From Paraspadella gotoi (Eukaryota; Animalia; Chaetognatha), in NCBI GenBank assembly GCA_051294375.1, contig CM119265.1, positions 27,361,271 to 27,425,270 of the forward strand: 64,000 bases of DNA, read 5' to 3'. Made by a program: the position numbers and the translations under genes. Shown here in pieces: positions 30,615 through 44,577 of this stretch. Every line of letters starts with the position of its first letter. The stretch's first letter is position 1. Under the pieces are notes generated by a model. That model was not told the DNA's origin, ran no database searches, and worked only from the letters and a program-made list of their open reading frames with translations.

Positions 30615-31540
30615 ACTGAAAATAAAAACAAAACAAAAAAGAAAAAAAAAAACATAAAACAAAATAAAACAAACAATAAAATAAAAAAAAAAAAAACAAA
30701 ACAACTAAAACAAAAAAAAAAAAAAAAAACAAAAACAAAAAAAAAAAAAATAAAAACAAAAAAAAAAAAAAAAATAAAACAAAAAAAAAAATAACAAACA
30801 AAAAAAACATAACAAAAAAAAAAAAAAAAAAAAAAAAAAACTAAAAGAAAACCATAAAAAAAAAAACTAAAAAAAAAAAAAAAAAAAATAAAATTAAACA
30901 AGAATAAAAAAAAACGAAAAAAAAAACAAACAAAAAAATAAAACAAAAAACAAAAACAAACAACAAAAAAAGACACAAAAAACAAACAAAAAAAATAACA
31001 AAAAAAAAAAAAAAATAAAACAAAAAAAAAAAAAAAAAAAAAAAACAAACAAACAAAAAAATAAAAAACAAAACAAAAAAAAACACACAAAAAACAAAAA
31101 AAAAAAAGAAAAAAAACATAAAAACAAAAAAAAACAAAAAACAAAAAACAAAAAAAGATAAAAAACCAAAAAAAAAAAAATAAAAACAAAAACAAAAATA
31201 AAAAAAAAACAAACAAACCAAATAACAATAACAAAATAAAAAAAAAAAAAAGAACACAAAAAAAAAAAAAAAAAAAAAAAATAAAAAAAAAAAAACAACA
31301 AATAGAAAACAAAAAAAACACAAATACAGGTGGGAGGAACAGAACACAAAAAAAACAAAAAGGAAAGAGAGAGAGGAAGTAGAAGCAAACACGAGAAAAA
31401 AAAAAAAACAAAAAAAAAATAAAACAACAAAAAAAACTATGACATAAAAAAACAAAAAAAAACAAGAAAAAAAAAACAAACTAAATAAACTAAAAAAAAA
31501 AAAAAAAAATAAACAAAAAAAAATAAAAATAAAAAAAAAC
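28990..31540. other. A-rich low-complexity junk, probable low-quality long-read gap fill
   Basis: Almost pure A with scattered C/T and no periodicity, lying exactly between the two duplicated blocks. Confidence 0.85.
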
Positions 31541-31709
31541 TGCTTTTCCCAAAAAGTGGTCGACTAAGAGGCAATTGCCTTACCGAAGGGGGAGATAGCC
31601 ACTATGAGTACTCAAGATAAACAGACAAAAAGTCTCTTTCAACTTATCATTTGCTACTCGAGTTTACAGAGCCTTGCACGTCTCAGAAATATCTAGACGG
31701 GATGGCTCT

Positions 31710-34700
31710 TACCTCTATTGGAGTTCACAATTTTTTTGCAGCGGTCAAAATACTCATCTCGACTGAGACTCACAACCCATTGCACGCATCGAATCAGCTT
31801 CACAGCCACATTCACACACATCGACATCACAATGCAAAGCAACATCACAAGCATCGGAATCACGTGCACAACAGACATTCACAAGCATCAAATCACTGCA
31901 CAAAGCAACATTATACAGGCGTCGGACTCTTTTTCACTTCTCAATTTTTTTCCATCGCCAACGTTTTTCTCGCATTTGCTCATAGTCATTAACGTATCCC
32001 CGGCACCCCTGCATCCATCCACACTCCATCCCTGCATTCTCACCTCCATGCATCCTCCAACCTCTCCCTGCGCACCCCTCTTAGCAGACATAAATATTCC
32101 CAACTTCACTTTCACGCATAGTTTAAAAAACATAAAAAGGGAAAAGATGAGAGACTTCGTAATCACTCGGATGATATAAGTTGTTTGTCACGTCGAACGT
32201 AGCCGGACTGTCACACGTTTGGGCTCTGTCGATTGTCACGTTTGAAACTGGCAAAGCTTCGTTCCATCAAAGCTTGTCTATAGTTCTATCACAATGCTTG
32301 TCACGTTTCGTGATTTGAGCGTTTCTACGTTCGGAAGGCAGGGTTGCAACGACTTCGTCACGTTGAGGTAGGCACATGCTTATCTCATTCGCGAGTGTAC
32401 GTTCGATGCGTTTCTACGTTTGGGCCATGGTTGACACGCTTGTACGTTGGTGCTGTACACTCGGACTGCAGATGCTTGTCACGTTCCGACGCTCGAACGT
32501 TCATCCCACGTTTCTCGCTTTAAGCGGTTCGGATGAAGTCGTAACTCAGCGATTTTTTCCTTTTTTTTTGACATTCATGTTTTTGTTTTTTTTAGAGAAA
32601 TCTAGGAGGTAGATTGAAAAGGAAGATAAGCAATTAGCAAAAAATGCAATCAATCATATAGTCAAATAGAAGATGATATTTATAAATGCTGATATTTTTG
32701 GTTTCCAATTTCAAGAACAAGATTGTAAATAATTGACAAGTGATATATAGGCGCAATCACGCATAAAACGGCGGTATATTTTTTTCGGCAATCCGAGTAA
32801 ACAAAAGAATTTTCGGAAATGCTTCTTTACCGTGCTTTTTTAAATTTCAGAATCTTTTTTTTAAATTTCTTTTTCCATTAATTATTTTTTTAACTTCTTT
32901 CTCAATTTTTTTTCCACAATTAAATTCCTAACTTACCTCATTTGCATAAAAAAGATTTTTATTCACAAAAAGATAGACGAGAATCTCGCTTAAAAAAAAA
33001 TCAACATTTTTTCTAATAGAGGATTTTCCAGTTAAAATCTGACTACACAAATGCAAAACGAGATTGCCAGAAATCTCGGCGTAAAAACAGTTGTTAAAAC
33101 ACACGATTCCAATTAGGCTTATATCTTAAGAGCTACGCCAAATTCGTCTTATGGCAATTTCATAAAGGATCTAATATCAAACAAGCCAGGGCGAAAATGC
33201 ACTAGTCATTCCGGAGATTTTCAAACCTTGTTTTTCTATAGAAAATAAAAGGGAAATTTGCGCTTTTCAAAAATTGTACGGAGGTAGGTATGTAACATTT
33301 ATAAATATTACTTCGAATTTTGAGATTACAAAAGCCTCTTGTTCAAAGCTTGCCAAATTTCTTCTCTTTCATTATCCTGACAACTCTTCAATGTAAACCA
33401 ACATTCTAAGTCCATTGGTACTCTGAGTTTCGACAACATGTGAAATTTTTATTTAATAAGAAATTAAAAAGGAAGGTTGAGAGAAAAAACTGATTTTTCC
33501 TGATATCTCTTGAAGGAACAAGATACACGGGATGGCAATGTACCAAAATGAAAGCCATCAATCATTAGGCACATACAAGTTACAATATTGAATTATTTTT
33601 GCTGAAACCTCTTTACAGGGTGCAGATGTCCCAAAACTAAGTCAAAATTATAATTGAAATTTTAAAACTAATGGAACCCATAAAAATAAATGAAAATTAA
33701 AATTACCTTTTTGTGATTCTGAAAGAAAAAGGGCTAAATTGCTACTATAGTAAAACTTTAAAGTTTTTTTGGATAAAGAAAATAATTTTTTTTTCACTTA
33801 AATCTTTGCTTCCACTGTATTACCAAGCATAGCTTACAAATTTACAAAAATTTATTTCACCCCATGCACAGCCTAACTATCTATCTTTCCTTTTCCCCGC
33901 AAAAGCAACCATAATATTTATATGTTACGAGAACAGGAATGTTTACTGAATGAAGACTGGAGGACGTTCAACTACTTTCACTTTTAATGTAATTTTTCAA
34001 TAATTACAATAGGCGAATCCTTTTTAATTATTTAACTCTACGGCTTCACAAGACATTATACTTATAATATCAATGTTAATTTTACTTCAATTACTATTTT
34101 TTTACGCAGATCATTAAATTACAAGAAAGTTATGGGATTCCCTTCGCGTAAGAAAAAAAAATTAACTAGCGGATTATAAGTTATGTAAGAGGAAGTTCAG
34201 AATCGGCGAAATCTTAAAAGTGCAGAGATTAGGAAGCCCGCTATAGAAAAGAGCAGTGACTTTTATTTCATTATATTTGTTAATATCGATAGATGTGGAA
34301 TGACGGAATATTGTAAATCTCAAGTTTCGCTTTAATCGGACCTCAACATTGTGAGAAATCTTAGGAAACCCATCAAATTCCACCCCTTTCTTTTCAACAT
34401 TCTCGCCTTTAAGTTTTCGCCGATTCTTGACTTCCTACTTACACAACTATATAATTCGCAAGTTAATTTTTTTTTCTTAAACAGAGCGAAGGGAATCATA
34501 CTTTCTGTTATTTTATTTGATTTCTGCGTAAAAATATAATGAATAACATTAACATTGGGATATTATGAACGTAAAATGTCTTGTGAAGCCGTGAGAGCTT
34601 AAAATAATTAAAAGATTCGAGCCTTTTTATATATTGAAAAAAATAGAGCATTAAAGTGAAAAGTAAGCTTGAACGTCTTCCAGCTCATTCATGTAACATC

Positions 34701-36802
34701 CCTGTTCTCTTAACATAAAATAATGGTTTACTTTTTGCTAGATGGAAAAGAAGATAAAATAGTTAGGCTTTTGATGGGTTAATAATATTTTGTAGAATTT
34801 TGTCAAGCATTGCTTTTGTAAATCAGTGAAGCAAATATTTAAGTGAAAAAAATTATATTTCTGTTATCAAAACTTTAAAGTTTTTCTATTAGTACAATTT
34901 TAGCCTTTTTCTTTTCAGAATTCACTAAAAAGAATTTATTTTCATTTATTTTTATGGGGTTTCATAGTTTTAAAATTCATTTATATTTTGACTTGTCTTG
35001 ACACTCACCCTAGTTAAGAGGTTTCAGCAAAAATAAATTCTAATATTGTAAACTTGTACTGTGCCTAATCGTTATGCTTTCATCTTTGGTACTATTGCTA
35101 TCCCATGTATCTTTGTTCCTTCAAAGATATCAGGACAAAAATGCAGTTTTTTCTCTCAACCTTTCCTTTTAATTCTTATTAATAAAAATTTCCTGTTGTC
35201 AAACCGACCAATGGACTTTACAATTGTGGATTTACTATGACAGAGTTGGTCAATAATGAAAAGGAAAAATTTGGCAAGCTCTAGAACCAAGAGGACTTTT
35301 TAAATCTCAACAATTCGAGTAATATTTATATGTAACCATTACCCTGCCCGTTTAACCAATTTTGAAAAGCAAAATTTCCCTTTCATATTCATATAAGTAA
35401 AAACAAGGTTTGAAAAATTCTCCGGAGATGACTAGTGCATTTCCCTGCGGCTATGTTTGACATTAAATCCTTTATCAAATTGCCATAAGAACGAAATTTG
35501 GCTAGCTCTTAGATATACGCTTATCGGAATCGTGTGTTTTTTACAACTGTTTTTTACCGAATTTTCTGCAATCTCGATTGCAATTTGGGTACGTCAGATT
35601 TTACGGAATCTCATTTAGAAAATGTTTGAATTTTTTTTTAACGCGAGATTTCGTCTACGAGAATGTTGAAAAAAAGGGGTGGATTTTGATGGGTTTCCTA
35701 AGATTTCTCACATGTGAGCCGATTAAAGCAACTTGAGATTATACAATCATATTCCGTTCTTCCACATCTATCGATATAAAAATATAAGGGAAAAAAAGTC
35801 ACTGGCTTCTTTTTCTTAGCGGCTTCCTACAAATATCAGATTGGTTTATTTTCATTAGACATTGCATTTCTAAATTCAAATCTTTCCTATGGTAAGAAAG
35901 AGTTAGTTTAAGAATGAGGAGGATGAGGAGGCTGAAGGAGATGAGTTAGATGAAAATCATGAGAGAGAGGAGTGAGAGAGAGACAGTGAGAGGAGAAAGA
36001 AGAGAAGAGACTCTCAAAACTTCTTCAAAAGCAATGTCTTAGATAGTCTATGTTGCCGTGTACCATTGTCAGCAGAATATTGGAGTCGGTATCGAATAGA
36101 ATCTAAAATCTTTATGTAAAAACGACAGGAATTTATCGAAAAGGAAAGTAAAACAATAAAATACGTTCTCAGGATTTTCAAAAAGGACTTTGTCATTTCG
36201 TGACGGCCATACTGAGACATATCCTAAATTTCAGTAACCAGTTGAAAGGTTCTTTTAATCCTCTTGACATTCTCCGTATTCGAACAAAAAAAAATTTTAG
36301 GGAAATTAATAAACGAAAGAAAAGATGACTGAATCTCGAAATTCCAACGCGGGTAAACGTTAAACTATTACCTTTTCGCGCATTTTACCCCGTTTTCATG
36401 CGTGATCAACTTAACAGTATCAAATAAAATCCTTTTGTGAGACGAAATTAATGATAATAATTAAAGAGGTTTTCATAATGATAAATTAAATAAACCATGC
36501 ACAATATTATAGTGTTATCAGTTATTTTTTATGGTTATATTACTTCCGTATTTATATTTATAGTAAACGACGTTCTTACAATAAATCAGGAATAACCGAA
36601 CAGTTTATACAAATGGCGCATTGGCCGGTTAGTCGCCGCAACGCACAAGGCTCAAATGTATATGATCGAATCCAGATTGCTCCTTAAGAGCTTAGTCAAA
36701 TCAAACTTATTTCAAAGAAACGAAATGTGTTTGTTCAATTCTTCATCGCAAGTTATTTTCGATCCATTTTTCCCACACCAAAGACTGACCGACCGAGATT
36801 CC
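31710..36802 (+). repeat. Direct duplicate of ~24010-28990 (core offset 7823 bp), including a second foldback copy at 32974-35657
   Basis: 32724-36308 looks identical to 24901-28485, and identical ORFs recur at +7823. The flanks are indel-rich versions of each other. Confidence 0.92.
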
Positions 36803-36927
36803 AATTCAATAATTAAACTTTCTTTTTTCTCTTATCCAGAAAATAAAAAAAAATGAATCGGTTTTTCATTTTTTCGATATCGAAAACTTGATGCTAGTTG
36901 CANNNNNNNNNNNNNNNNNNNNNNNNN

Positions 36928-36966
<39 letters not shown>

Positions 36967-37077
36967 CGACCAAACTCTTCTTATTTGACTTCTCACTCTC
37001 CGCATCAATCGTCTCTCTCTCTATCTCGCTCTCCCCCCTCCCCCCTCTAAGAAATAAACAAAAAATAATAATCAAAG

Positions 37078-37286
37078 ATGGCGGCGACTCGTTGGCCGTT
37101 AGCCTCGATCTGGCGCGACGGCGCCCTCTTCGTCGTCGTCTTCGTCGCCGTCGTCTTCGTCGTCGTCCTCGTTCTTCTTCTCGTCGGTGGAGGAATCGCG
37201 CTGCTGCTGATCCTTGGCGGCGGCGGCGGCGGCGGCGCTGCTGCGGAGGCGGAGTGGATCGACAGGATGGATCCTTGGAAATCGAG
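37078..37286 (+). CDS. Probable first exon of the Ig-domain gene: long hydrophobic signal/anchor segment (MAATRWPLASIWRDGALFVVVFVAVV...DPWKS)
   Basis: aagATGG start context, ~30 hydrophobic residues, ag|gtgaag donor. Partly built from (GTC)n/(GGC)n repeats, so uncertain. Confidence 0.5.
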
Positions 37287-38736
37287 GTGAAGTGAGGGGG
37301 CCGAGGGAAGAAGGATGAGTGGGCACTGTTCTCGTAAAGCCCCCTATTTCCCTAATCCCAGATATTATTTTTACCCCGAAAAATTTTATGCTAATTTTTT
37401 AACGAAATCTTTATTTTATTCATTAACCCTGACCCCATATTAATCCCTAATATTTTGTCCTAATACCAAACTCTTTCCCTAAACCTTTTCCTCATCCCTA
37501 ACCATAATCCGTAACTCAAACCCTTAATATAATTTTTTAAACTAAATATTAACTAAATTCTGAATTTAGGCTGAAATGAGAAAGATTTGCAAAATATGGC
37601 CAAACAACTTTGAGTAAGAAAAAAAAAGGAACAGAAAAATGGGCGATAATTTTAATAATATTATTGCCTCATTTTTTGCCAAACGGAAAGAACAGATTAA
37701 AAACTTAACAACGACAACGATAAAGTTATAAGCATAAGTTAAAAAAAGAAATATGAAAAAAATACCAATCGATCTTCTATATAAAACTGACCGACGCATC
37801 GCCAGGCTTCGCCACCTGCTTTGCATCTGTGGTCGTCGATTCATTTTTTTTTAAGTTTAACGACATTTGTTGTTTTTTTTTGCTCACACACGCTTTTCTG
37901 TGTGTGAGCGTTTCCGGTGTGTGGCGCGGTCTCTGGCCTTTGTTAGCGTCTAGTCTTTAAGTTAATATTTAAGTATTTTTAAAATAGGGACACCTTTTTC
38001 TTTACTTTACTTTACTTTACTATTTCCCTATTACTTTACATCACTTTACAACATTTCTTTAACTTACTAATTTATTTTTCTTCGCTATGTTCCTTCGACT
38101 TATTTCCCTTCACATTTACTTAACTTACTTTTTCTCTTTCCTCGACCTTACCCTCGACATCATTTCCGATTACCTTCGACCTTACCTATTCTTTCCGTCC
38201 CAAACTTCAGCTTCGATTTCTCAGAAATCGTCACTCGTCTTTTTCTTCTTCCTTTCAATTCACAATCGGTTATTTCTCTTTTCTTAATTTTTTTTCCTTT
38301 TTCTCATTTCCTCCATTTCAAAACTTTTCTCTTCTCTTTCTTCTCGATTTTTTATTCTTCCCTCCTTTTTTCCATTCCTTTCCTTTCTTTCCTTTTCTCC
38401 TTTTTCTTTCCTTTTCCTCCCTTTTCCTTCCTCAAAGTCTCGCTTTTCAATTCTTCCCTCCTTTTTTCCTTTCCTTTCCTCTCTTTCCTTTTCTCCTTTT
38501 TTCTTTCCTTTTCCTCCCTTTTCCTTCCTCAATGTCTCTCTTTTCAATTCTTCCCTCCTTTTTTCCTTTCCTTTCCCTTTCCTTTCTTTCCTTTTCCTCC
38601 TTCCTCCTTTTTCCATTTCCGACCTCGACGTCTCGTGTCCTTCTCATTTTAACCTTTCCCTCATTTTTTCCCCTTTTCCTCCTACTCTTCCTCCGTCCTC
38701 TTCTATTTCCTCCCTCCCTCTCTCTTTTCTTCACTC

Positions 38737-38773
<37 letters not shown>

Positions 38774-38819
38774 CTCTCTTCTTCTCTCTCTCTCTCTCTC
38801 TCTCTTCTTCTTTCTCTAG

Positions 38820-39332
38820 ATCGCCCGTCTCGACGCTCGTCCCGAGCTCAAGCGGAATTATCACGTCGTGCGTCGTCGTCGTCGTCGTGTCTGTCGTCGT
38901 CGTCTCGTCGTCGTCGTCGTGCGTTCGTCGTCGCGTCGTCGTCGTCGTCGTCCCTCTCATCGTCGCCCTCATCGTCGTCGTTCCCGTCGTCGCTCTCCGA
39001 CGCCGCCTCGGAACGATTACCGCGATATGCAAATGAGATTAAGGCGTCAGGACGCGAGCGGCGTTCGACGGGAATTAAAATGACGCTGGCGCCGATCGCC
39101 GTCTTGGCGGGATTCGGCGATGGAGACGGCGTCAAAGATGGCGTCAGGGATGGCACAGGCGTCAGGGATGGCAACGATGGCTTTAAAGCCCACGTGGCTC
39201 GAGGCGATAACGTCGGCGGCGACTACAACAACAACAACAACAACAACAACTATAACAAGAACCTCGGATCTATAAAACGATTTCACAAAGTGGCGTTGCT
39301 CGGGTCCACGGTCACGCTCGAATGCGTCACAG
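38820..39332 (+). CDS. Ig-domain gene exon: Ser-rich stretch, RERR furin site, Gly/Asp repeats, RGD, poly-Asn, Ig strands A'-B (KVALLGSTVTLECVT)
   Basis: (CT)n plus tag acceptor at 38819, cag|gtcaaa donor at 39333, GSTVTLEC Ig motif. The frame across the (TCG)n run is ambiguous by 1 nt. Confidence 0.7.
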
Positions 39333-39505
39333 GTCAAAACAAAACATTTCTTGTTTTCTCGTTTTGTGTTTTTGTTTTTTTGATGTTGTTGTTGTTTCTG
39401 TTGTTGTTGATGTAGTTGTTGTTTTGGACGTAGTTGATGTCTGATGATTTGATTTGTGGTTTTCTTTTGTTTGTGTATAAAACGTCAAAGTCTCTGGAGC
39501 CTTGA

Positions 39506-39541
<36 letters not shown>

Positions 39542-40614
39542 TTTCTCTCTCTCTCTCCACCACCCCCCCTTTCTCTAATGTGCTGCCCTCTTCCACGACA
39601 TTTTCTGTCCTTTCATTTTCTCCTTTTTTCGCCCCCAGGCGACGAAAAAACAAAAGACAATCTAATTTTCTCTTTCTTTCTTTTTTCTTTTCTCTCACTT
39701 TTTCTTCTTCTCAGGAGACATAATTGTTCCTTCTCCTGTCCCGAGTCTCCAGATAGAAAATCTCCGTTTCAAGATTTTCTACTTTGTTTTCTCCTTTGTT
39801 TTCTCTTTTGTTTTCTTTTACCTCTTTGTTTTCTTTTTTGTTTTTCCGATTTAAAAAAAAAACTTATCCTCGGTGTCGATTTTGTCCTTTTTTGTCACTT
39901 GAATTTTTGGCCTATTTTACCAAAGCGCCTGATTTCATTTAAAATTAAGGTAAAGGATTAGGTAAAAGAATGGCTGAACAATTAGGGTTGGGAATAAGGC
40001 TAATAATTAGGGTTACGGATTTTGGTTAGAGAAAAGGGTTTAAGGACTTGGGTTTAATGTGAGGGATTTGGATTAAGGATTAACTTTTAAAATTTTAAGA
40101 TTAACATTATAGATTAGGGTTAAATGTTAGGGTTAAAATTATCATCGCAGGAGAATAAATTCAAAATAGAAATGGATTAAAGGATCTGGCAAACTGCACA
40201 AAAACGAATTAGGTATTAGGGATTAGAAATGGGATGCTTTTGGAAAAGAGAGCCGAATTTTTTGGGCTAATTTTCACATTTTTCGACGAAACTTTTCGTG
40301 ACGGCATGTTTTTTTTTCCCTTAGAGAGTATTACCAGGTTTCTTTTTCAGTCTTGCTATATTTTTTTCCCTTTTTTTTACCCTTTTTTCATTGACAATTT
40401 ATGCCATTTTTTCCATTTGTCATCTTTTTTCGGAATAGATATTCACACACTTTCTTTCCTTTCCTTTCCTTCTTTCTTTTTTCCTTTATTCCTTCACCTT
40501 CCTTTCCTTTTCTTTCCTCCTTTTTCTTTCTTTCCTTTAGTTTATTTCCTTTCCTTTCCTTTTTTAACTCTCTTTCCTTAAATTTCTTTCTTTCCTTAAA
40601 TTTATTTCTTTATT

Positions 40615-40650
<36 letters not shown>

Positions 40651-41199
40651 AGTTTCATTCATTCTTTCTCTGTTTCTTAGTTTTATTCATTCTTTCTTTC
40701 TTTCTTTCTTTGTTTCTTTCTTTCCTTATCTCTTTCTTTCTTTCTTTCTTTCTTTTTGTCTTTTTTCTTTCTTTTCTTTCCTTCTTTTTCTTTCTCTTCT
40801 TTTCACTTTCCATTCAAATTCACATCTTAATTAGTATGCGAATTTCAGAGATAATCACTCGCACGTCTCAACTGAACACAGAATTTTGAATTCAACTCGA
40901 AAAAAAATTATTTGTTTTTTTCTCTCCTCTGTTTTTTTTTTTTGCAACCACTAAAAAATAATTAGCGAATTGCGTTTATCAATACGAGACAATAAGTGAA
41001 TTCACAATAAGTGAATTCACTGCGTGTGTGAGATTCACCTTTTCTCTGGAGCGAAATGAAGTGAAAAGAATATTATGCAGGGATGGGCTTCAAAATTTAT
41101 CACTTTATTTAAATGAGTAAGATAATTTTCAATCATTTATAAAAGAGCTGGAATGTAAATTAATTGAAAGAATTCATAAAAATATGAGACAACTTCATT

Positions 41200-41263
41200 G
41201 ACATGGAAGCCTGGTACTCAGGGAGTGAATAAACAAGACTGTGAGAGAATCTTAATTGAAAGC
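41200..41263 (+). mobile_element. Short dispersed repeat family; other copies ~3172-3225 (-), ~46630-46680 (+), ~59800-59866 (-)
   Basis: Shared core ggaagcc(a/t)ggtactc..ggagtgaataaac.agactgt.agaga.tctt.attgaaagc or its reverse complement. Confidence 0.6.
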
Positions 41264-41593
41264 ATGTCGTGCCTTGCTATTTTATTAACTTGTAAGAGGG
41301 GTGTATGCTATCTCGCTATAACTTGTCTCTGAGGTATGTATCTACTTATGGTAAGGCTATATCTATGCTCTCGTTAGGGAAAAGAGTTAAGTAGTGTGAG
41401 GATGTATATTGGTAATAGGGAAACAGTCAAAAGTCAGAAACAAGAAAGCTTATTTATTTTATAAACTGATTTAAGCGTTTTATATTGGTTGCACCAATTT
41501 GATATGCAACGTAAAAAATTTCGTCGTTGCAGAAGCGAAGAAGAAACGACGCGCGACTCTTGAGGTCACGTGACTAGGAGGGTGACAGATGGG

Positions 41594-41663
41594 CGGTTCT
41601 TCCGATGTTCAGTTGCTTATCGGTCACCGGTGACCGATAGGCAACTGAACATCGGAAGAACCG
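41594..41663. repeat. 70-bp spacerless palindrome with one mismatch
   Basis: cggttcttccgatgttcagttgcttatcggtcacc|ggtgaccgataggcaactgaacatcggaagaaccg. Confidence 0.95.
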
Positions 41664-42272
41664 ACCAAGTAATGATATAGGAGAAGAGAGAGGTTAGGAG
41701 AAAGGTTAAGGTAGAGAGGAAAGGTTGGGAAGAGAGGAGAAGAGGAGTGAGGAATTAACAATTTTTTCTCTTCCTACTTCTATTTCTTTCTTACTTCCTT
41801 TTTCTTCTTTCTCCTTTCTTCCTTTTCTTCTTTTTTTCCTCCTACTTCTTTACTTCTTCTTCCTCCTTCTTCTTTTTCTTTTTTACCCCCCTTTTTCTTC
41901 TTCCCTTTCCACCTCCTCCTTTCCTCCTCCTCCCTTCTTTCCTCCTAATTCTTCCTTTCCTTCTCCTTCTTCCCCCTTTCCTCCTTTTCCTTTCCTCCTC
42001 CTCCTCCTCCTCCTCCTCCTCTTTTCCTTCTCATTTCTCCTTTTCTCCTCTCGTCTACTCTTCATTTTTAATTCTCAGTTTTCATCTCTCACTCTCCAAT
42101 CTTTCCTCATCTGCTTATCTCTTTCCTTTTCTCTTCCTTTCCTTACCATTTTTGTCCTATGCCTTACCCTCTTTCCACCTCTCATCCACTCATTCCCATT
42201 CATTGCCTAACTTACCGTTTTGGTCTTTCTCTCTCTCTTCTCTCCATCTCTCTCTTCTCTCTCTCCTCTCTC

Positions 42273-42324
<52 letters not shown>

Positions 42325-44485
42325 CATCGAATCGAATCAAAAAAAGTTCCGACTATGAATCACCTTTAATTTCTCCGTTTGGTGCCACTCATAATCTCCT
42401 TTCCCATATATGGCGTTTGCCACTCACTTGCAATACGATCCGATACGCGTCTTATTGCAATGCCATCCGCATGCAATGGCACCGCTACAGACTTCCAATG
42501 CCATTGCAACTGGCATGCAATACAATTTAGACCCATAGTAAATGGCATCACCATACGCCAGAAATACAATTGCTAATCACGGACGATGTCATTGCCGAAC
42601 GAGTTAACCGCAATCGCCACCTACATGCGATGGGATTGCCACCCGCATCCAATGGCAACGCCATCCGCATGCCCTCTTCCAACTGCTCACACCCTCGTCC
42701 TATGCCCGCAATCGAATTCGCAATTTACGAGGCAGATTTTATTGAGGCACCAAAAAATCTAGATGGCGATTCTGTAGCAACGAAGATTCGTTTGCCAACG
42801 AACGAGAAGACCGAACAAGTGAACGAACGAACGAATGAACGAATGAAATAATAAACGAGCGAACAAACAAAAGTAGGATAAACAAATGAATGAAAAAAAG
42901 GAATGAATGAAGGATAAAGACAAAGATATTTCTTGAGAATGGAAGGAAGATGAAAAGGAAAGAAGGAAAGAAGGAGAGAATGAGAGAAGGAAGGAAAAAA
43001 GGAAGGAAGGAGAAAAGGAAAAGAGGGAGGAAGGAGAGAAGAAGAGAAAACCAATAAATGTCACATTTTTTTCAAATCGCTTCTTTTTAGTTGTGAGGAT
43101 TTTTGTTACGATTTTTCTTAGTCTTGGTATCGAATGGAAAAAGTAAAGAGAAATATTTCGAGTGTAAAAAGCAACTGTTTTTGATGTGAGGAAAATCGAA
43201 AAGAAAAAAAAATTATAGAGAAAGAAAACAAATATAAAGCATTCGAGGGAAAAAGAAAAAAACATGAAAACGAAATATAAAAGAAAAAAATGATATCGGA
43301 CGAAACAAAAGAGAAACAAGAAAGAAAAATAAAAGGAAAAAGGAAACATAAGATGTAAAAGGAAAGAAAAATAAATGATTGGAAAAGCAGAAAATAAGCC
43401 AATGGGGAAAAAGTAGGGAAGGGGGGGGAGAAATTAGCCAACGGCGGGAAAGAAAAAATAAATAATTGGAGAAGAGAAAAAAAGTGAAGGAAGGAAAAAA
43501 AAGGAAAGAATTGAGTTAAAGAAATAATAAAGTGAGAAGAGGAAAGAAAAATGGTAGGAGGGGAAGAAACCTAAATGAGTGGAGGAAAGGAAAGAAAAAG
43601 AGTGGAGGAAAGAAAGAAAATGAGTGAATGAAAGGAAATAAAATATTTGAGAAAAAGAAAAGAAATGAGTGAAGGAAAGGAAAGAAATTATTGGAGGAAA
43701 TGAAAGTAATTAGTGGAGGAAAGGAAAGAAATGAGTGAAGGAAAGGAAATAAATGAGTGGAGAAAAGAAAAGAAAATCAGTGGAGGTAAGGAAATCAATT
43801 AATAAAGGAAAGGAAAGAAAATGAGTGGTAGAAAGAAAAGAAAATAAGTGGAGGAAAGGAAAGAAATGAGAAATGGAAAGAAGAAATAAGTGATTAGAGA
43901 AAGGATAAAAGGTGAGACCGAAGGAGGAAAAAGAAATCAAGGAGATTGTGAATGTGAATGTGAATGTGAATGGCAGGTGAAATGTGAAAAGGCGGACTTT
44001 CACGTCGGAAGCAGAAAGGGGAAAAGAAAATAAACCAAATATATTGCTTGGCGTCTGTGAAAAGTGAGAAACGCTGAAGTAAACTGAAATTAAAAAGGTG
44101 AGGAAAGCTGTATATCAAGTGAAAAATAAGCAAAGCTGGTGCTATAGTGAGAAGTGAGCAATGTTGGAGCTTTTAAGAGTCAGCAATTTTGCACGTAATG
44201 CAACGAAAGGGACGATCGAATGTTGCATCACATTGCACATTCACAAAACTTCAAAATTGGGCGCAATATGAATCCTGCGGGAAAAAACGGTGACAGAAAA
44301 AGTTAGAACGAAACAGAAGCAAACAGAGTTTTAAATAAAAGTCACGGAAAGAAATGAGAAATCATAGTCAACGTATTATATATTTGTTTTGTTAAGTTAA
44401 TGTCTGAGAATAAAAATGGAAATGAGGGAAACTAAATTGTGAGAAGGAATTAACCAAGCATGGCAAGAATGGCAACCGAGCGCTT

Positions 44486-44577
<92 letters not shown>

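Noticed and set aside
28940-31479. Numerous poly-Phe ORFs up to 285 aa
   Set aside because: Reverse translation of A-rich junk sequence.
37882-37955. Hairpin followed by CTAGT, resembling a Helitron 3' end
   Set aside because: The hairpin is CA/TG-repeat based and too far from the CTAG, and no matching 5' end or second copy was seen.
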